Of a stretch of DNA of 64,000 nucleotides, positions 1-14,083 are shown piece after piece. Numbering within the stretch: the stretch's first letter is position 1; each line of letters starts with the position of its first letter. The notes under the pieces are model-generated. The model ran no database searches. It worked only from the letters and a program-made list of their open reading frames with translations, and was not told the DNA's origin. Origin of the DNA: the human T2T-CHM13v2.0 reference genome, Homo sapiens; NCBI RefSeq assembly GCF_009914755.1, contig NC_060946.1; one strand, given 5' to 3'. Both the position numbers and the translations under genes were made by a program.

Positions 1-712
1 AGGGGTAAATCTCACTTCCCCGAGGTTGGGTTAGGTATGGTTATGTGACCAGCTGTGGCCAATGAGAAGCGAGAAGAGGCTTTTGGACAGAAGAATCTCT
101 GATTCTCTTTCACCCACCCTTGCCACATCCATGAAACGGAAGGGTTCGTCGCTGGGTTTTGAGACTTTTTTCCATGAAGCTGAAGGCCAAGGGAGCTGAA
201 AGCCTTGCCACTGAATGCTGAAACAACCTTCACTGGCTACTTTAGAGATAACATTCATAGGTCACCATGGTAATGGTGGCTTCGGTTGTTTTTCAGGAAT
301 TGGGCCAGCTGAAACCAGTTGAGACCCTTCAGCTGGGGAACCGTATATGTGCCCAAGAGATGGCCATTTGATATTGGAGGACCAAAAGCACCACGCTCAG
401 ATCAGGCCAATGCATCTGTTTTCTGTATGTGTCCTATGAAATGCCATGAACCCCAACTATGCTTGTACAGAACAAACCGGTTACGTCATTCTTCCCCACT
501 GCCAATCACCTGTCCCCACACCTTAGATCACCCCACTTCTCTAACCCATTCATATCCCTAAACCTTGTCTTTGGGGAGGCAGATTTGAACGCTGTTCTCC
601 CACCTCCTTGCTTGGCAGGCTTGTGAATCAATCTTTTCTCTTTTGCAAATCCCAAGTCACAGCGATTGGCTGCACACTGGCAGAACAGATTGGGACCTGG
701 CGGGTGATACCC
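1..712 (+). mobile_element. ERV1-class LTR remnant (MER34/MER39/MER21-like), left end outside or at window edge
   Basis: LTR-like 3' portion (GGGGAGGCAGATTTGA...CTCCTTGCTTGGC...CTTTTCTCTTTTGCAAA...GATTGGC) resembling MER4-group LTRs; subfamily not resolved. Confidence 0.45.
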
Positions 713-729
713 AGATATGACACCTGGAC

Positions 730-1372
730 CCAGAACAGAAATCTCATGGCCACCATCTTGAGACTGCCATCCTGTGGCCCTGAGGGAAGCTGGCTGTATT
801 AGTTCGTTCTCACACTGCTATGAAGAACTGCCTGAGGCTGGATAATTTAGAAAGGAAAGAGGTTTAATTGACTCACGGTTCCACATGGCTGGGGAGGCCT
901 CAGGAAACTTACAATCGTGGTGGAAGGCGAAGGGGAAGCAAGGCACCTTCACATGCTGGCAGGAGAGCGAAGTGCAGAGTGAAGGGGGAAGGGTCCCTTA
1001 TACAACCATCAAAACTCGTGAGAACTCACTCACTATCACGAGAAAAGCATGAGGGTGACCGCCTTCATGATCTAATCGCCTCTCACCAGGTGCCTTCCCC
1101 AACATGTGGGGATTGCAATTTGGATTACAATTCAAGATGAGATTTGGGTGGGGACACAGAGCCAGATCATACATCATTGGCCTAAGGGCAAATCTGTTGT
1201 GCTGAGAATGGAGATATGGGGCAGACCCAGGTCCTTAGCGAGCTGCTGAGCTGCTCAGCTGCTGAATTGACGGACCCTGAGCCGCCCTGCCTGGGACTTA
1301 GGGTTACTTTTCTCTCTTGCTGCTTTGGGTTGAATATGTGTACCTTGCACCCAAAAGCATCTTAACAAATAC
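730..1372 (+). mobile_element. old MLT1 (MaLR) LTR interrupted by the THE1D LTR
   Basis: GGCCACCATCTTG motif left of the THE1; typical MLT1 3' end CTTGCACCCAAAAGCATCTTAACAAATACA at ~1344-1372. Confidence 0.55.
795..1176 (-). mobile_element. solo THE1D-type MaLR LTR; probable alternative (placental) promoter of IL2RB
   Basis: Minus strand reads TGATGTATGATCTGGCTCTGTGTCCCCACCCAAATCTCATCTTG...ACTAATACA; near-perfect 5-bp TSD CTGGC (790-794)/TTGGC (1177-1181); TATAA at 1002-998; donor-like GTAAGT (912) and GTGAGT (876). Confidence 0.9.
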
Positions 1373-4300
1373 AGAGGCTACGAGGCAAAAAGCAGAGGGG
1401 GAAAGGGAGACTTCTGCACGTTCTTAGGTTTCAGAACAAGGAGAGCCCCACCAGAAGCTTTGGGAGAGGTTGCCTTGAGCCCTCTCCCGACACTCAGAGG
1501 AGCTCAGATGAGCTCAAGGAGCGTCATCCCTGGGTGACGGGGTGGGGAGGTGCAGAGGGGAAACAAGAGATGAGTTAGGATTGGGATTCCTGGCCAAAGT
1601 GATCCTGTCTCCTCCTTCCCAGGCAGACCCCCAACAGGTTTGGGACATCCGAGCTTCAGAGGAGCCATTCTTCTCTTCCTGGGCAAAACCCTAGAAAGGC
1701 AGCTGAGACCCCAGGGAAGAAATGGCCCCAGGGTGTATCCGGGCAGATAGGGCTGGGTGAGACAGCCCTCAGAGAGGCAAGGAACTTGTGTACAGGAAGC
1801 ACCCAGGTGTCCCAAGAGGGATGAGGACCCGGGAGGCGCTGTGGGAGTGAGCATGAATCAGGAGGTATGGGAGTGGGACCCGGAGCCCAGAGCAGATGGG
1901 ACATTGCCAAACTCGCAGAGGAAACGTGGACATGGAGTGCCCCAGCTCCTCCCTGCTGGCAGGGAGGGGCACTTAGATGCAGCCGCAGGGAAATATCGGG
2001 GGGCGGGGAGGAATCCCAGCTGCCAAAATCACATTTCTTTGACTTCAGCCCATGGAAATGCCTAATGGGAGTGAAATTTACTCAGAGAACTAAAGCACGG
2101 CCTGTTTTGTATACATCTGCATTTGTGGCATCCATTCCTTCCCACCAGAAGCGAAGAGCAGCCAGCCACCTGCAGGAACCGCCCCACCCTCCCACTCTAC
2201 TGCTGACCTGCAGAGGGTCACCTCTTTCCTCCACGCGCCTACAGCCAGCCCTCTCCAATGACTCCTTCCTCCCGTGAAGCAACCCTACTTCTGCCGCCAA
2301 TGCCACCACCTCCAGGCTGCAACTCCACAGCCCACCTGACTGTATGCTACGACCCCAGCCCCCAGGTGCTGGTCACCACCGCCTCCTGTCCTCCTGGGTC
2401 TGAAGGCCAGCTGCTCCAAAGCCACGCCAGCTTAGCCCCACGCACCCTTGACTCGTGTCCTGGAAATCCCTCCTTCCTCTCTGGCTCCTGCGGCCACCCG
2501 CTGGCCTCACCCATAATGTTCTTGACATCTGTTTCTGGTCATGTTAAGTTTCTGCCTGTGTTTCTCCTTTCCTCCAGACGCACACGTGGCAGTATGTGGC
2601 TACTGTGACGGGCCTGCCAAGTGGAGGAGGAGGCGGGGAGAGGAGAGGGGGGCTGCAGGGCCTCCTCCCTGGCCAGAGACTGTTGCTTCTCACTTCGCCC
2701 CGCACCTTTCCCACGATGCTCAGAGAGGTCACTCATCGAACCCATGCCATTTGAGCACGGCTGTGTGCCAGACACTGCTAATACCGAGATACATCGTCAC
2801 GTGGAGTCCTCTATCGGAACAAAGCCAAGACTCACAGAGAGGAAGTGACAAGCCCCGGTCATACTATAGGAAAAATAATGTTGTGCGCCCTGAACCAGGA
2901 GCTGGTCTAAGGAAAGGGTGTGCTGGGGTCAGAACCCGCAGCCTGGCTCCAGATTCCATACATGCCGGCGTCTGAGCACTCACCACCTCTCTCAGGCTTC
3001 CCCAGCCCTGTCCCGTACACTTAGTATTCTCTGGGACAACTGCTGCTAATTTCACGTTTTCTGTCCCACTGCCACTTCTCCATGGGTCCTGGTTTGGGGT
3101 TCTGAAAATAGCCATGCCCCTGCAGCCTTGGATACCCTGAAGTCCTCAGTGGGGTAAGAGAGAAGGGCTTTTGCATCTGATATTACAGATAAGGACAATA
3201 TGGGGCCCAAAAAGGCTAAACGATTTACCCAGCACCCTCCAGTCCTCCAGCCAAACAAGGGACTCTCCTGGGCAGAGCTGCCACAGGAGCCCACCTCCTG
3301 GCACCCCGGCCTGCTGGCTTCCCACTGGCTAACGAAAGCCTTGTGGGAGAAACACCCTGGTAGACCCTTAATCCAAGCTGGACCCCGTCCCCCCAACAAC
3401 CCCCAGCTGCCCTCCTGCCTCCTCTCTGCTGTTGAATCTCTCACCAACTTCAAAGTCAATTGGGGACATGCCTCCCCCTCCAGGATGACATCATGATTCA
3501 CCCAGTTTCTAGGCGTTCTATGTCCTCCCCTGGACCATGGCACAGGCCCCCTCACTGCCTCCAGCTTCACCCTCTGCAGCCTGTGCTCCACCTGGCTGCA
3601 GAGTGATCTGCCTCTTAAAGGCACCCCAGCACCTAAGAAAGAGGTCAATCCTAGACTTAGCCTGACATTCCAGGCCTTTCCTGTCTCAAACCCCATTCTG
3701 CTCTCCTTGCCTCCTTTCCAGACATCTATCCAACCTACTGGTCTCTCCCACTGCCCAGAGCATAGACTACATTGGTCCGCCTGCAACCCTTTCCTCTCAT
3801 CAGCTCCTTGCCCCATGTCAAGTGCCTTTGAGACTCCTATTCACCCTCCAAGGCCCTTCCCACATGTCCCCTCCACTAAGAAGCCTTCCCAGATCGCCAC
3901 ATAAGAATTATCTACTCCCTTCCCCACACTCCCATGTGGCAGAGGAGCTCCTGCGCTCATCTCCCCAGGAAGGCTGAACACTTCCAGACACAACCTAACC
4001 TAGCCCATGAAATGGATCCAGCCCATCTATCCAGACAGCAGGTCACCAGGGACACCATCAAGCTAAAATCCCTGCACCAGCTCTGCCCCTGATTTTAACT
4101 CAGGCTCCCATCTAATCACCCTTTCCCCCTTAATCTTCCCTGCACTTGCCCCGGGCCACTCAACAAAACGATGGCAAGGTGGGGGTGAGGTCGCCCTGTC
4201 TGGGGTACACTCCTTGTCAGGGGTATTTTTCATTTCCCACGGCTGCTTCCCCTCTTGACCACCCTTTCCTTCCCCTTCCTCATTGCCTAACGTTTCAGGC

Positions 4301-5299
4301 GGAAAACGTTTTCAAAATATGTAACTTAAAGGGATTGCCCCAGAGGTGATTACATGGGCATTCAGCCAGCTTGCTGAGGTCATCAGTACTAAGCATGGCA
4401 GATCTCCTGGGGGACGCTGTGCCCCACAGACCTGGCAGCAGGATTGGGGGCCTCCAGTTTCCCAGGACCTTTGACCAACCCCCGCCAAGAACGTGCCCAT
4501 TGGGAGAAGCTTGTCACAAAGATCTAGTGGCTCTTAGCACCCATCCGGGTGCCATTGAGTCAGAAACCCAGACCTAGCGCAAAAAAACCTGGCCTAGACA
4601 GTCCAGAGGCCACATCTGAGCCCTGGGTGGAGGAATGTGTGCAGTGGGTCAGATGGGATGACACAAAGACAGCCGGCCTCTGTTCCCTGAACTAATGTGG
4701 CCTGGAACTGTCTGGGGGACTTGGCTTCAGTTTACAAAGGATAAGCTTCAATCCTCCTGCAGGCACTTGGCAAGAAGTTTCAAAGCTTTGCTGCCTCAGC
4801 GATCAGCAAATGGCTCATCCTTGTGCTGTACACGACAAAAGGCTCCTGGCTGGCACTCAGGACAGCCTTTGTCCCAAGGCTGGTGAGGCCGATTGTGTAC
4901 AAATAGAGCCTGGCCCAGAAACACGCTGGAGATCCCTCCCCGGGGTAGCCTCTGACATGGGAGGAGCCTCTTTGGCAAGAGCTGTATGACCCTGAGGTGC
5001 AGTGGGAAGCCTCCCTTCAGTGTCAGGGGACCTCCGAGGAAACGGAGACCTGTCTGCCCCTGCAAGGTGGGCTGCTGGGCTGGGCTGAATCCTGGCACAG
5101 GTGTATGGTCAGTTCTCGATAGCATGCTTCTTCCACCTGGTGCCCAAAAGCCATGCAACACACCAGGGACAACACAGATAGAGCAGGATGCCCGGTCAAG
5201 TCTGTTGGGAAATCAGCGTCGGTCACTTTAAATATACTTATGTGAGTAGCCACCAGGCTAGCCTAGAGAGTCCAAATTTGACGACATATTAGAAAGCCA

Positions 5300-5588
<289 letters not shown>

Positions 5589-6104
5589 GAAAGCCAGATC
5601 CATCAAGATGCTCCACTGTACAATGTAGTAGTGTGTGTTTTCCCACAGAGAAGATCCAACAGTTCTCTCATCATAATTAAACGCAAAACATGCGACAGGG
5701 TCCCCGGGGCGGGAGGTGGGGGGGCTTGCGTGTGCCTCACTGGAGCATAAACGGCACAGGTGCTCAGCTCTGCGCCACACAGTTGGCGCTCAGCAGATGC
5801 TGAGCATGAACGCGGCACTCATCAAGCAACCTGGCATCTGATCCTTATGTCCACCGCATGAGGTAGATTACCATTGTCCCCATTTTACAGACAGGAAACC
5901 GAGGCGCAGAGATATGGGGACTTGCCCGAGGTCACAAACAAAGAGTGACACGGCTGACTCTATGCTGGTGCCACTAGCTCCAAGGCGCGCCAGCTGCGTG
6001 AGTGACCTGGGGGCTCGCTTCTTTGTGGGCAGGGAGCACGCAGAGTGGGCAGAGGGAGCCGAGCAGAAAGAACCAGTCTGAATCGCCAAGAGGAGACAGC
6101 ATTC

Positions 6105-6110
6105 TTTAAT
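6105..6110 (-). terminator. C1QTNF6: ATTAAA poly(A) signal, probable C1QTNF6 3' end
   Basis: TTTAAT on + strand ~2 kb downstream of the stop, followed on the minus strand by UG/U-rich sequence. Confidence 0.65.
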
Positions 6111-7159
6111 CATGCTGGACGGCAGGGCGTGGCGGGGTCAGGCAGGGGCAGGATCAGGCAGGGTGGTTTATAGCACAGGTCTTCCTGGCACTTGGTCAGA
6201 CCCTGTTTCCGTCATCTGGCCATGGAGCCACGGCTCCCTCGACTGTGAGCACCAGAGATCACCCCCCGGGGCACCTCAGCCCCAGAGTCTGCATGAGCAC
6301 CAATGGGCGGAGGCCGCCTCCCTCTGGGGAGAAGGGCAGGCCACCTGGGTTTGGAAGGCTAGGGGAACACCAGGCCACCCCACCCTGGAAGAAGAAACGG
6401 AAGGCCTGAGGTCCCTCCTTTGCTCTAGCTCCCCAGACCTGCTGAGGGCTCTAAAGCCTGGGGCTTCCGTGGCCCTTCTCCTGCAGGTGTTTGTAAAGGC
6501 AGCACCAGGCCGGAGGAGGGCTCTGAGACGAGGAGCTGCCCACCCGGGCCTTAGCACCTTGATAAAGCCTGGAGAGTCGGGGCACTGGGCCGGTGAGAGG
6601 GGCATGAGGGGCAGAGAGCACCTGGGGACAGACATCAGTGTCTGAGGGCAGCTGGAGGCCCTGGGGAAACGGAAGTTCAGATGACTTTGGTGGAAGGGAC
6701 TGAGCAAGGCCCTGGCAGAGCCCTGGGAGGAGGCAGGAAGGGGATCCCAGTGAGGAGGGCAGGTCTTCTCGCAGGATGCCGTATCAGCTGTGGGGAGAGC
6801 TATGGGTGTGGGTTCCATTCTTCGGGGGCCACTTCACCCCCCAAATGCCCCCACACTCCTGGGTCCTCTCCTCACAGAACCCTTGACCTGGCCAAGGCCC
6901 CCTGGGGTTTGCTGTAACGATGAGCACTGGGCAGGTGGATGAGGAACGGGAAGGAGATACCTGCCCCTGCCACCGGGACCCCGTCCCACCAGCCTTGGGG
7001 AGCAGTGGGTAATGGAGGACCAGCAGCACCTGAACACCCAGAACACAGGCCCCCATGAGCTCTGGGTCTGCTTTAAAACCTATGTACACATCTCTCCCCG
7101 CCTGGGCTGGACTGGCCAGTCACTGAGGGCAGGGGCAGGGCCTGTGTCTGACCCCCTCA

Positions 7160-7670
<511 letters not shown>

Positions 7671-7696
7671 CTAGAATATTGAGAAAGTCCTAGAAC

Positions 7697-7860
7697 CTGG
7701 TTGCTCCAGTGTGGTTCATAGACTGACCCCATCAGCATCACCCAGGAACATATGAGAAACACAGAATCCTGGACCCACTCAGACCTGCTGAGTCAGAATC
7801 TGCATTTAACACGAACCCCGGGTGATTCGCATGCATTTCCAAGTTTGAGAAGTGCTGGGC
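7697..7860. mobile_element. MER5-type hAT DNA transposon remnant
   Basis: CAGCATCACC...CAGACCTGCTGAGTCAGAATCTGCATTTAAC...AAGTTTGAGAAGTGCTG. Confidence 0.75.
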
Positions 7861-8107
7861 TACGAGGCTGGGAAAGTTCTAGAATATTTAGGTTAGCAAG
7901 CTTCTTAAAATAGGTCCAAGAGAGAAGAGAGGAGCAGAAATAGGCTGGGAGGGATGATGGCAGCCAAGATAGAAGCAGGGTCTCCCCAGAATGCCAGGTC
8001 CCCGGGGACCTCCCTGGCCTTCCTGCTTCACAGCAGTGCAAACTGAGCCCTGCAGGGGACGGGACCAGCACCTGAGCTCTCCAGCCGGGAGGGTGGCCCA
8101 GAGGCCC

Positions 8108-8655
8108 TCAGTCGTCCTCGGCCTTGATGAGGTGGCCGCTGAAGGTGATGTAGGTGTCGAAGTCGTTGCTGTAGATGGCGTTCTCGCGCTGGCGCTTGAA
8201 GAGCCGCACCCAGACGCGGTCCCCGTAGGCCAGGTCCAGCATCACACTCTGGCTCTGCATGATGCTGCGCTCGCTGGGCTGCGCGTACAGGATGACAGCC
8301 TCTTTCTGGTTATGCATAATGTGCACGTACGTCTCCTTGTAATTCCAGCTGTGCACATTGAGGCTGAAGAAGTAGATGCCACGCAGGGGAGCAGCAAACT
8401 GGCCGGTCGCCATGTCAAAGCACCCATCAAGGTTCACAAAGACCCTTTCGAAGAGCAGCGTCTGGAAGTCCTCGCCGCTGTGCAGGGCCGTCTTGCGGCC
8501 CACTGAGAAGGCGAAGAAGCGCTTCTGGCACGGGGCGCCGGGGCTGCCCATCTCCCCCTTGTCACCCTTGCTGCCCTGAGGGCCAGGCTCCCCTTGGGGA
8601 CCCTCCCTGCCCATGTACCCTGGCAGGCCCATTGGGCCTGGGTCCCCTTTGTCAC
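8108..8655 (-). CDS. C1QTNF6: C1q/TNF-related protein 6 (CTRP6), last coding exon: collagen Gly-X-Y repeats plus globular C1q domain
   Basis: [13 protein letters not shown]... then FAFSVGR...GIYFFS...[13 protein letters not shown]; AG acceptor at 8657-8656; 548 nt. Confidence 0.98.
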
Positions 8656-10380
8656 CTGTGGGGATAAAAAGGGGACAAGTCAGGGTGGACATCTGAGCCT
8701 GCTCCAAGGAGGTGCCCACACTCATCTGTGACGGCTCTGCCCCTGTCCTGGCCCAGAGAAGAAGCCAGCATTTATTTAGCACCTACTGTATGCCAGACAT
8801 TGCCTCCCCACATGCCTGCCTAAAGAAAACATCATGACCGTCTTCACTTCACAGAGAGGGTGAGTGACTCACCCCGGGCCACACAGTGCAGGAGCAGAAG
8901 AGGCAGGACTTAAAATATGGTCTGTCCCCAGGGTGACTTGACTTCCCCTCACCCAGCAGGGAGGGTCCGACTGGTGTCTCTGGGAGGCCAGGCCCAGGCC
9001 CCCACCCCAGGACCACAGCGCAGTCCAGGCTGGCAGGGATGTGGGGTGTGCTGGAACATACTTTGGGTTTCTGACCCAGGGAAGAAACCAAGAAAAATAC
9101 ATTTGCCCACCTGGAGGAAAAGCCCAGGTTAGGAGCCAGGAAGCCCTTGGTTGGCAGTCCTGCCCTGTGTGACCTCGGGCACTCCACGGCTGGGGTCTCG
9201 GTTTTCTGGTCTATATTTTAAAGAGGATTATGTCCACCTCAGGGGTGTTTGTGAGCCCTCAACAAAATGTCCTGTGGGAAAGCACTTTGCAAACTCTGCA
9301 ACTAAGAGGCAGAACAGTTCACCCAGCACGGCTGGCCCATCCCGACCTGCTCTGAGGTCTGGCAGCATCTACAATGGCCCCCAGGCAGGCACAGCCCTGC
9401 CCGGCCCTTAGTCCAGGCTGACTTTCAACATAAGAAAAGCAGGTGACCACCCACGCCTGGAGGGACCCGACCTCACATAGCTCCCTGCCACCTGTCACAG
9501 TGCCTGGAGTCACACGAGCAACCACATCCTTGCATGGGCTAGAAGGCCCTGTGTTTTCCACAGGGGGGGAAGGGGACAGAAAGGAGGGCACAGGCCCTTG
9601 AGGTGGAAGCCCAGAGAGCTGGGCAGGGCAAGGCCACAGCTCTGCAGGGTTCTGGCTCCACCGCCTGGCTGGAGAACCACGTCCTCACCTGCACAGCTCT
9701 AGACCTTGTGCAGGAAGTTTGTTGTGCCCCAGCCCAAGGAAAGGAAGGAGTGGAGGGTGGACAGGACGAAGGGACTATCTTCTTTTTACAAATAAGGCAG
9801 CAAGCTCAGGGCGGGGGAGAGACCAGCCTGACTCACTGGGCAAGGGGGCAGAAGAGGTGAGGCTGGGACCCAGGACTCCCAAAGCCAGCCCGAGGTCCCT
9901 CACGGCAGCCTACCCACCTCCCAGCAGGCTGCTGAGCTGGGCCCAGGAGCAGTGACCCTGGGTTTGGGGAGGGCAATGAGGAGGGACCATCAGCAGCCAG
10001 GCACCTCTCCAACCTCACGCAGAGAGCTAAGTCAGCCCTGGGGAAGCTGGGTGGGGAGGGGGGTGTGAGGAAGAGCAACGTCCTCACCACGAAATCAGAA
10101 CAAGGGCAGGCCAGGTGCCAGGTGACCACTGGCTGTGCAGTGAGTGTCCCCGGGGAGAGCTCAGGAACAAATCCTGGCTCCATCCCTGACAGCTGTGTGG
10201 CCCCAGGAGACTGGGTTTCCCCATCTGCAAAGTGGGAGGAATAAGAAAATATCGACCTCACGGGCTGTTGTGGGCAGAGACGGACGCTAAGGATGTCAAG
10301 GCCTGGTCACAGCCGTCAGCCTCCACAGCCTGGAAGGGAAGCGAGTCCTTCCACGTCCTATTGAGAGAGCGGGTAGCCAG

Positions 10381-10486
10381 CCCGCACCTGGACGGCCCTC
10401 ACCTGGATGCCTTTCACCTGGACGGGCCCTCACCTGGACAGCCCTCACCTGGACAGCCCTCACCTGGATGGCCCTCACCTGGACAG
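10381..10486. repeat. 15-bp minisatellite (GCCCTCACCTGGACA) x7 in a C1QTNF6 intron
   Basis: CACCTG at 10385, 10400, 10415, 10431, 10446, 10461, 10476. Confidence 0.9.
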
Positions 10487-11137
10487 GCCCCACAGGGCTG
10501 CATGCTTCGACCCTCGGCCCCCGCTGGTTGCTCTCCACATGACATTAGAGGGATCCATTTGAAACCTGGGTGGGATCAAGTCCCTGTCCCACCCAAACCT
10601 GCCCCTGTTCCCACTCCACTCAGCGGAGCCCAAGTCCCTACAGTAGCCGGGTGGTGACAGCACCCCATGTGATCTGAGCCTGGTGCATCTCCCGGCCCTG
10701 CCCCAGGGCCCCTGCACCAGCTGTGCCCTTTGCCAGGAGGCTCCTCCACCACCTCTTAGAAGCCTGTGCTCCATGGGTCCTCCACTGACCACCTCATTCA
10801 ATATGCAGCCTGCAGCCCAGACCCGCACTCCTGAAGCCCCTTTTCATTTCCCAGAGCACTGATCACCATCGAACATTCCACTCCACTAACTTAGGTGATG
10901 TGTGCCTTGCTCACAGCCCATCTCCCCACCGAGAACGGGTGCTCAGGCAGGAGGCATCTTGGTCTGGTTTGTTCACGCTCCGTCATCAGTGTTTGGAACA
11001 GACCAGGCTCACATTGGGGCTCAATAACTCAGGATGAAAGAGGAGTCTGGACAGGTTTCCGCCCTGCCCTCTACTCCCTCCACCTCAGCTCCCTGGCCCT
11101 CCCTGCCCACTACCAGGCCCCACAGGAGGGCACTCAC

Positions 11138-11375
11138 CCTTCAGGATGGTGATATTAATGTAGGGTCTGATCTCAGGCAGGGCGTGGGGGCGGCCGGAGG
11201 AAGAGGCTGAGGATACATGGGCAGGATCCAGGGGGTCCTCAGAGTCACAGCACCGTTGGCAGTCGCTGGCCACAGCTCTGTCAAAGGTGAGCTCCACCAT
11301 AGGGATCTCACACATCAGGAGAAAGAGCAGGAGCGCTGCCCAGACGGGACCCAGGGCGGCTGTCCCCATGGTGAC
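11138..11375 (-). CDS. C1QTNF6: CTRP6 coding exon 2: signal peptide and N-terminal Cys-containing region
   Basis: VTMGTAALGPVWAALLLFLLMC...INITILKG; AG at 11377-76, GT at 11137-36; 238 nt. Confidence 0.97.
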
Positions 11376-12853
11376 CTGGAACAAGGAAGGAGGGACAGGA
11401 ACTATACTTCACTCAACATCTACTATGTGCCGATGCCTGGGGTGGGCGGGTGCTGCGTCCTCCAGCCACAGCACTCCTGACCTAACTCCAGAGGGAAGGT
11501 TATTGTCCCCATCTATCAGACAAGAAGACTGAGACCTCCACAGAGCAGCAAGTTCCCCAAGATCGGGAGGAGACTGGCAGGGCAGGGCCTGCATGCTGAG
11601 TCTCCGGGCACCCAGTCCATGGAGGCTTCTGCTCCACACAGGCCTTGGAAGGATGAAGCCCCTCTGAAAACAGCCACAGCTGAGAGCAGACAGGGATCCC
11701 AGGAAGCTTTGCTGGGGCAGGTGAGAAGATGCCCCAGCTGGCCATGGGTGGCAACCCAGGAGACCGTCAGATGCTTTCCCGCCCGCGCACCTCCCTCTGG
11801 CACTTTCTTGCCACCGACTCCACTATCTCCAGCAAACACATGCCCTCCGGGCAGGAGGACTGAGGTTAGTGAACACTGGGGACAAACGTGGAGGGTTCTG
11901 GAGGCTTGTTCTCAGGAGAGGGGATGGGTGGCCGAGCCCATGCTTTGGTGTGAGAACACCATAGTTCTGAAAAAAAAGAGATAAGAGAGTTCATTGATCC
12001 TAGCAGACAGAAAGCAACGTCCATGAGAGCATGTGGGGTGGTGCGCGGTGATGGTGTCATTGCATCGCTGAGCAGTCAGGAGAAGGAATACTGGGTCCTT
12101 GACTGCAGCCCATTGCTAGTCTTTAGAGTGCCTTTGTGCAAAGCAAAGAAGGTGCCCCTCTGGACAAATTAGAAATGATAAGAGTCCCCGTTGGAGGGAC
12201 GTGATGCTGAGGGTGTGCAGCTTGGCAAGGGCTGGCGCTAGTCCACCTCCCTGCTCAGCACCTTTGTGCAGTCAACTATCTATGCAACCCAACCTTATCC
12301 AGAAGCCCTGCAGGGAGGGTTCTGTAGAGAGAGTTAGTTCATTGGAAGATGGTTGTGTCAATCATCGTAGACCTGCCAATCAGATGCCAAGGTGGTAAAT
12401 TGGAATTAAGGGGTAGGACTAGGAGGTATAAAAAATTCTAAAGGATCAGAAAAGTGTAAGTGTTGGTGAGGATCTGTCTCTGGCCTTGGCCAAGAAGGGG
12501 TCTAGGGCTCCAGGAGAGAGGCAGGAAGTAGCCTGGACACCAGGCGCTAGAGACAGTCCTGGGTTGGGTGGGCAGGAAGCCGGGCAAAAAGACCTTTGAG
12601 GTGGTGCAGCTTCTGGGGGCTGGTGCCGAGTTATCACAGGATCAGAAACTCTGCTTTTGAAACCAGACTGGTTTTTACACTTCTGGCGTTTCTTTGTTTA
12701 TTTCCTTTTTGTTCTCCTTTAACATTTAGTAGAATTCAAAAATATTTTTTTTGTGGTTAATACATGTAGACAAGGTACAATTATTACTTTTTAAAATGCC
12801 ACCCTGTCTCAGCTGAGCACTGAGGTGAGGGCAGAGTTTTAAAGGGGCAGGAT

Positions 12854-13000
12854 GGCCAGGTGCAGTGACTTACTCCTGCAATCCCAGCACTTTGGGAGGC
12901 CACGGAGAGAGGATCACTCGAGTCCCGGAGTTCGAGACCAGTCTGGGCAACATAGTGAGACCCTGTCTCTATTTTTCAAAAATTAAAACTAAAAATAAAT
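12854..13000 (+). mobile_element. Alu left monomer (FLAM)
   Basis: Single Alu arm with A-rich tail; TSD-like AAAGGGGCAGGA/AAAGCGGCAGGA. Confidence 0.85.
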
Positions 13001-14083
13001 AAAGCGGCAGGAGCCCTGCCCCCCACCCCCAGAGCTGGATGGTAGCAGCAGGAGAAGGGGGCTGGACAGGAAGTCTCCAGAGCCACCTCCCTCTTCCTGG
13101 AGGTGACTCTTCCCAAGCTTCTCTCTGCCCACCCTGGTTGGGTTCCTGGTTCTGCTCAATAAGGAGGTCAAATCCTCAGAGATCAACATCCTCCCTGTCT
13201 GAGACTGTCATCCTCAACTTTTACTTATAAATGACAAATCCCAGTGGTTTTGGAAATCCCAAAATTCCCTTCTTTTTCCCAGCCACAGATATGACCTCAT
13301 GAGAAAAGCTGAGGTCTTAGAGTCAAATCTGAGACCCAGAATAGTTTGCAAGCTGTGTGACCTAGGGCTAGTGGCTGAACCTCTCTGGGCTTCCTGCTCC
13401 TTGATACTTACAAGGAAATGACACCACCCTTTCCCTCCCAGGTAATTTGGAAGGATTTCAATGCAGGAAAAGTGCCTGCCTTATAAAAGACTTAAAAAAA
13501 AAAAAAAAAAGTGTGCTTTGACTTCTTCCCTGTGCCTGCATGGGATGGGAAGGAGAACTTCTCCCAGAGGACTGGCATGGTTTGGGAGCATTTCTGTTTC
13601 CTATTGGCCCCAGCGGATGGGAGTCAAAGGCTGTGAGACACAGAACCGTGGCCTGGGAGCAGGAATCAGGAAGCCGTTAACGAGGAATCATAACCACAGC
13701 CAGGATCACGAACTAGCTCTGGGGGTGGGTGCCAGGCAGGGACCAAGTGTGGGAACCAAGTCATAGGGAGGACTTTTGGGGTCCTTGCTGCTTCCACTGG
13801 GACCTCTTTGGGGAGGGAGCGGCAGGGCAACTTTTCTCGGTCCAGGCAGGCCGTGCAGAGCTGAGTTTGTGTGTGCCCGGGTAGGGGCGGGCACAAACCG
13901 GGAGCAGTGGAGCGCAGCCCTCAGCCAGAGGCAGGAGGAAATGTGGAGGGGAGAGCCTGGAGAGGCTGTCCCAGTCAGAGGGAGAGAGCAGGGCCCGAGA
14001 TGCTTCCAGGAAGCAAGGAGGGAGGAGAGGAATTCCAGGCTCTGACCCCAGCCCCCAAGCTTGAGGAGCCTCTGGTCACTCAC

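Noticed and set aside
884-898. PRDM9 hotspot motif in the THE1 LTRs
   Set aside because: Reads CCTCCCCAGCCAT here and ATTCCCCAGCCAT in the 46.2 kb copy, not CCTCCCTNNCCAC
3052-3816. 254-aa ORF
   Set aside because: No domain similarity; overlaps L2-like ancient repeat sequence
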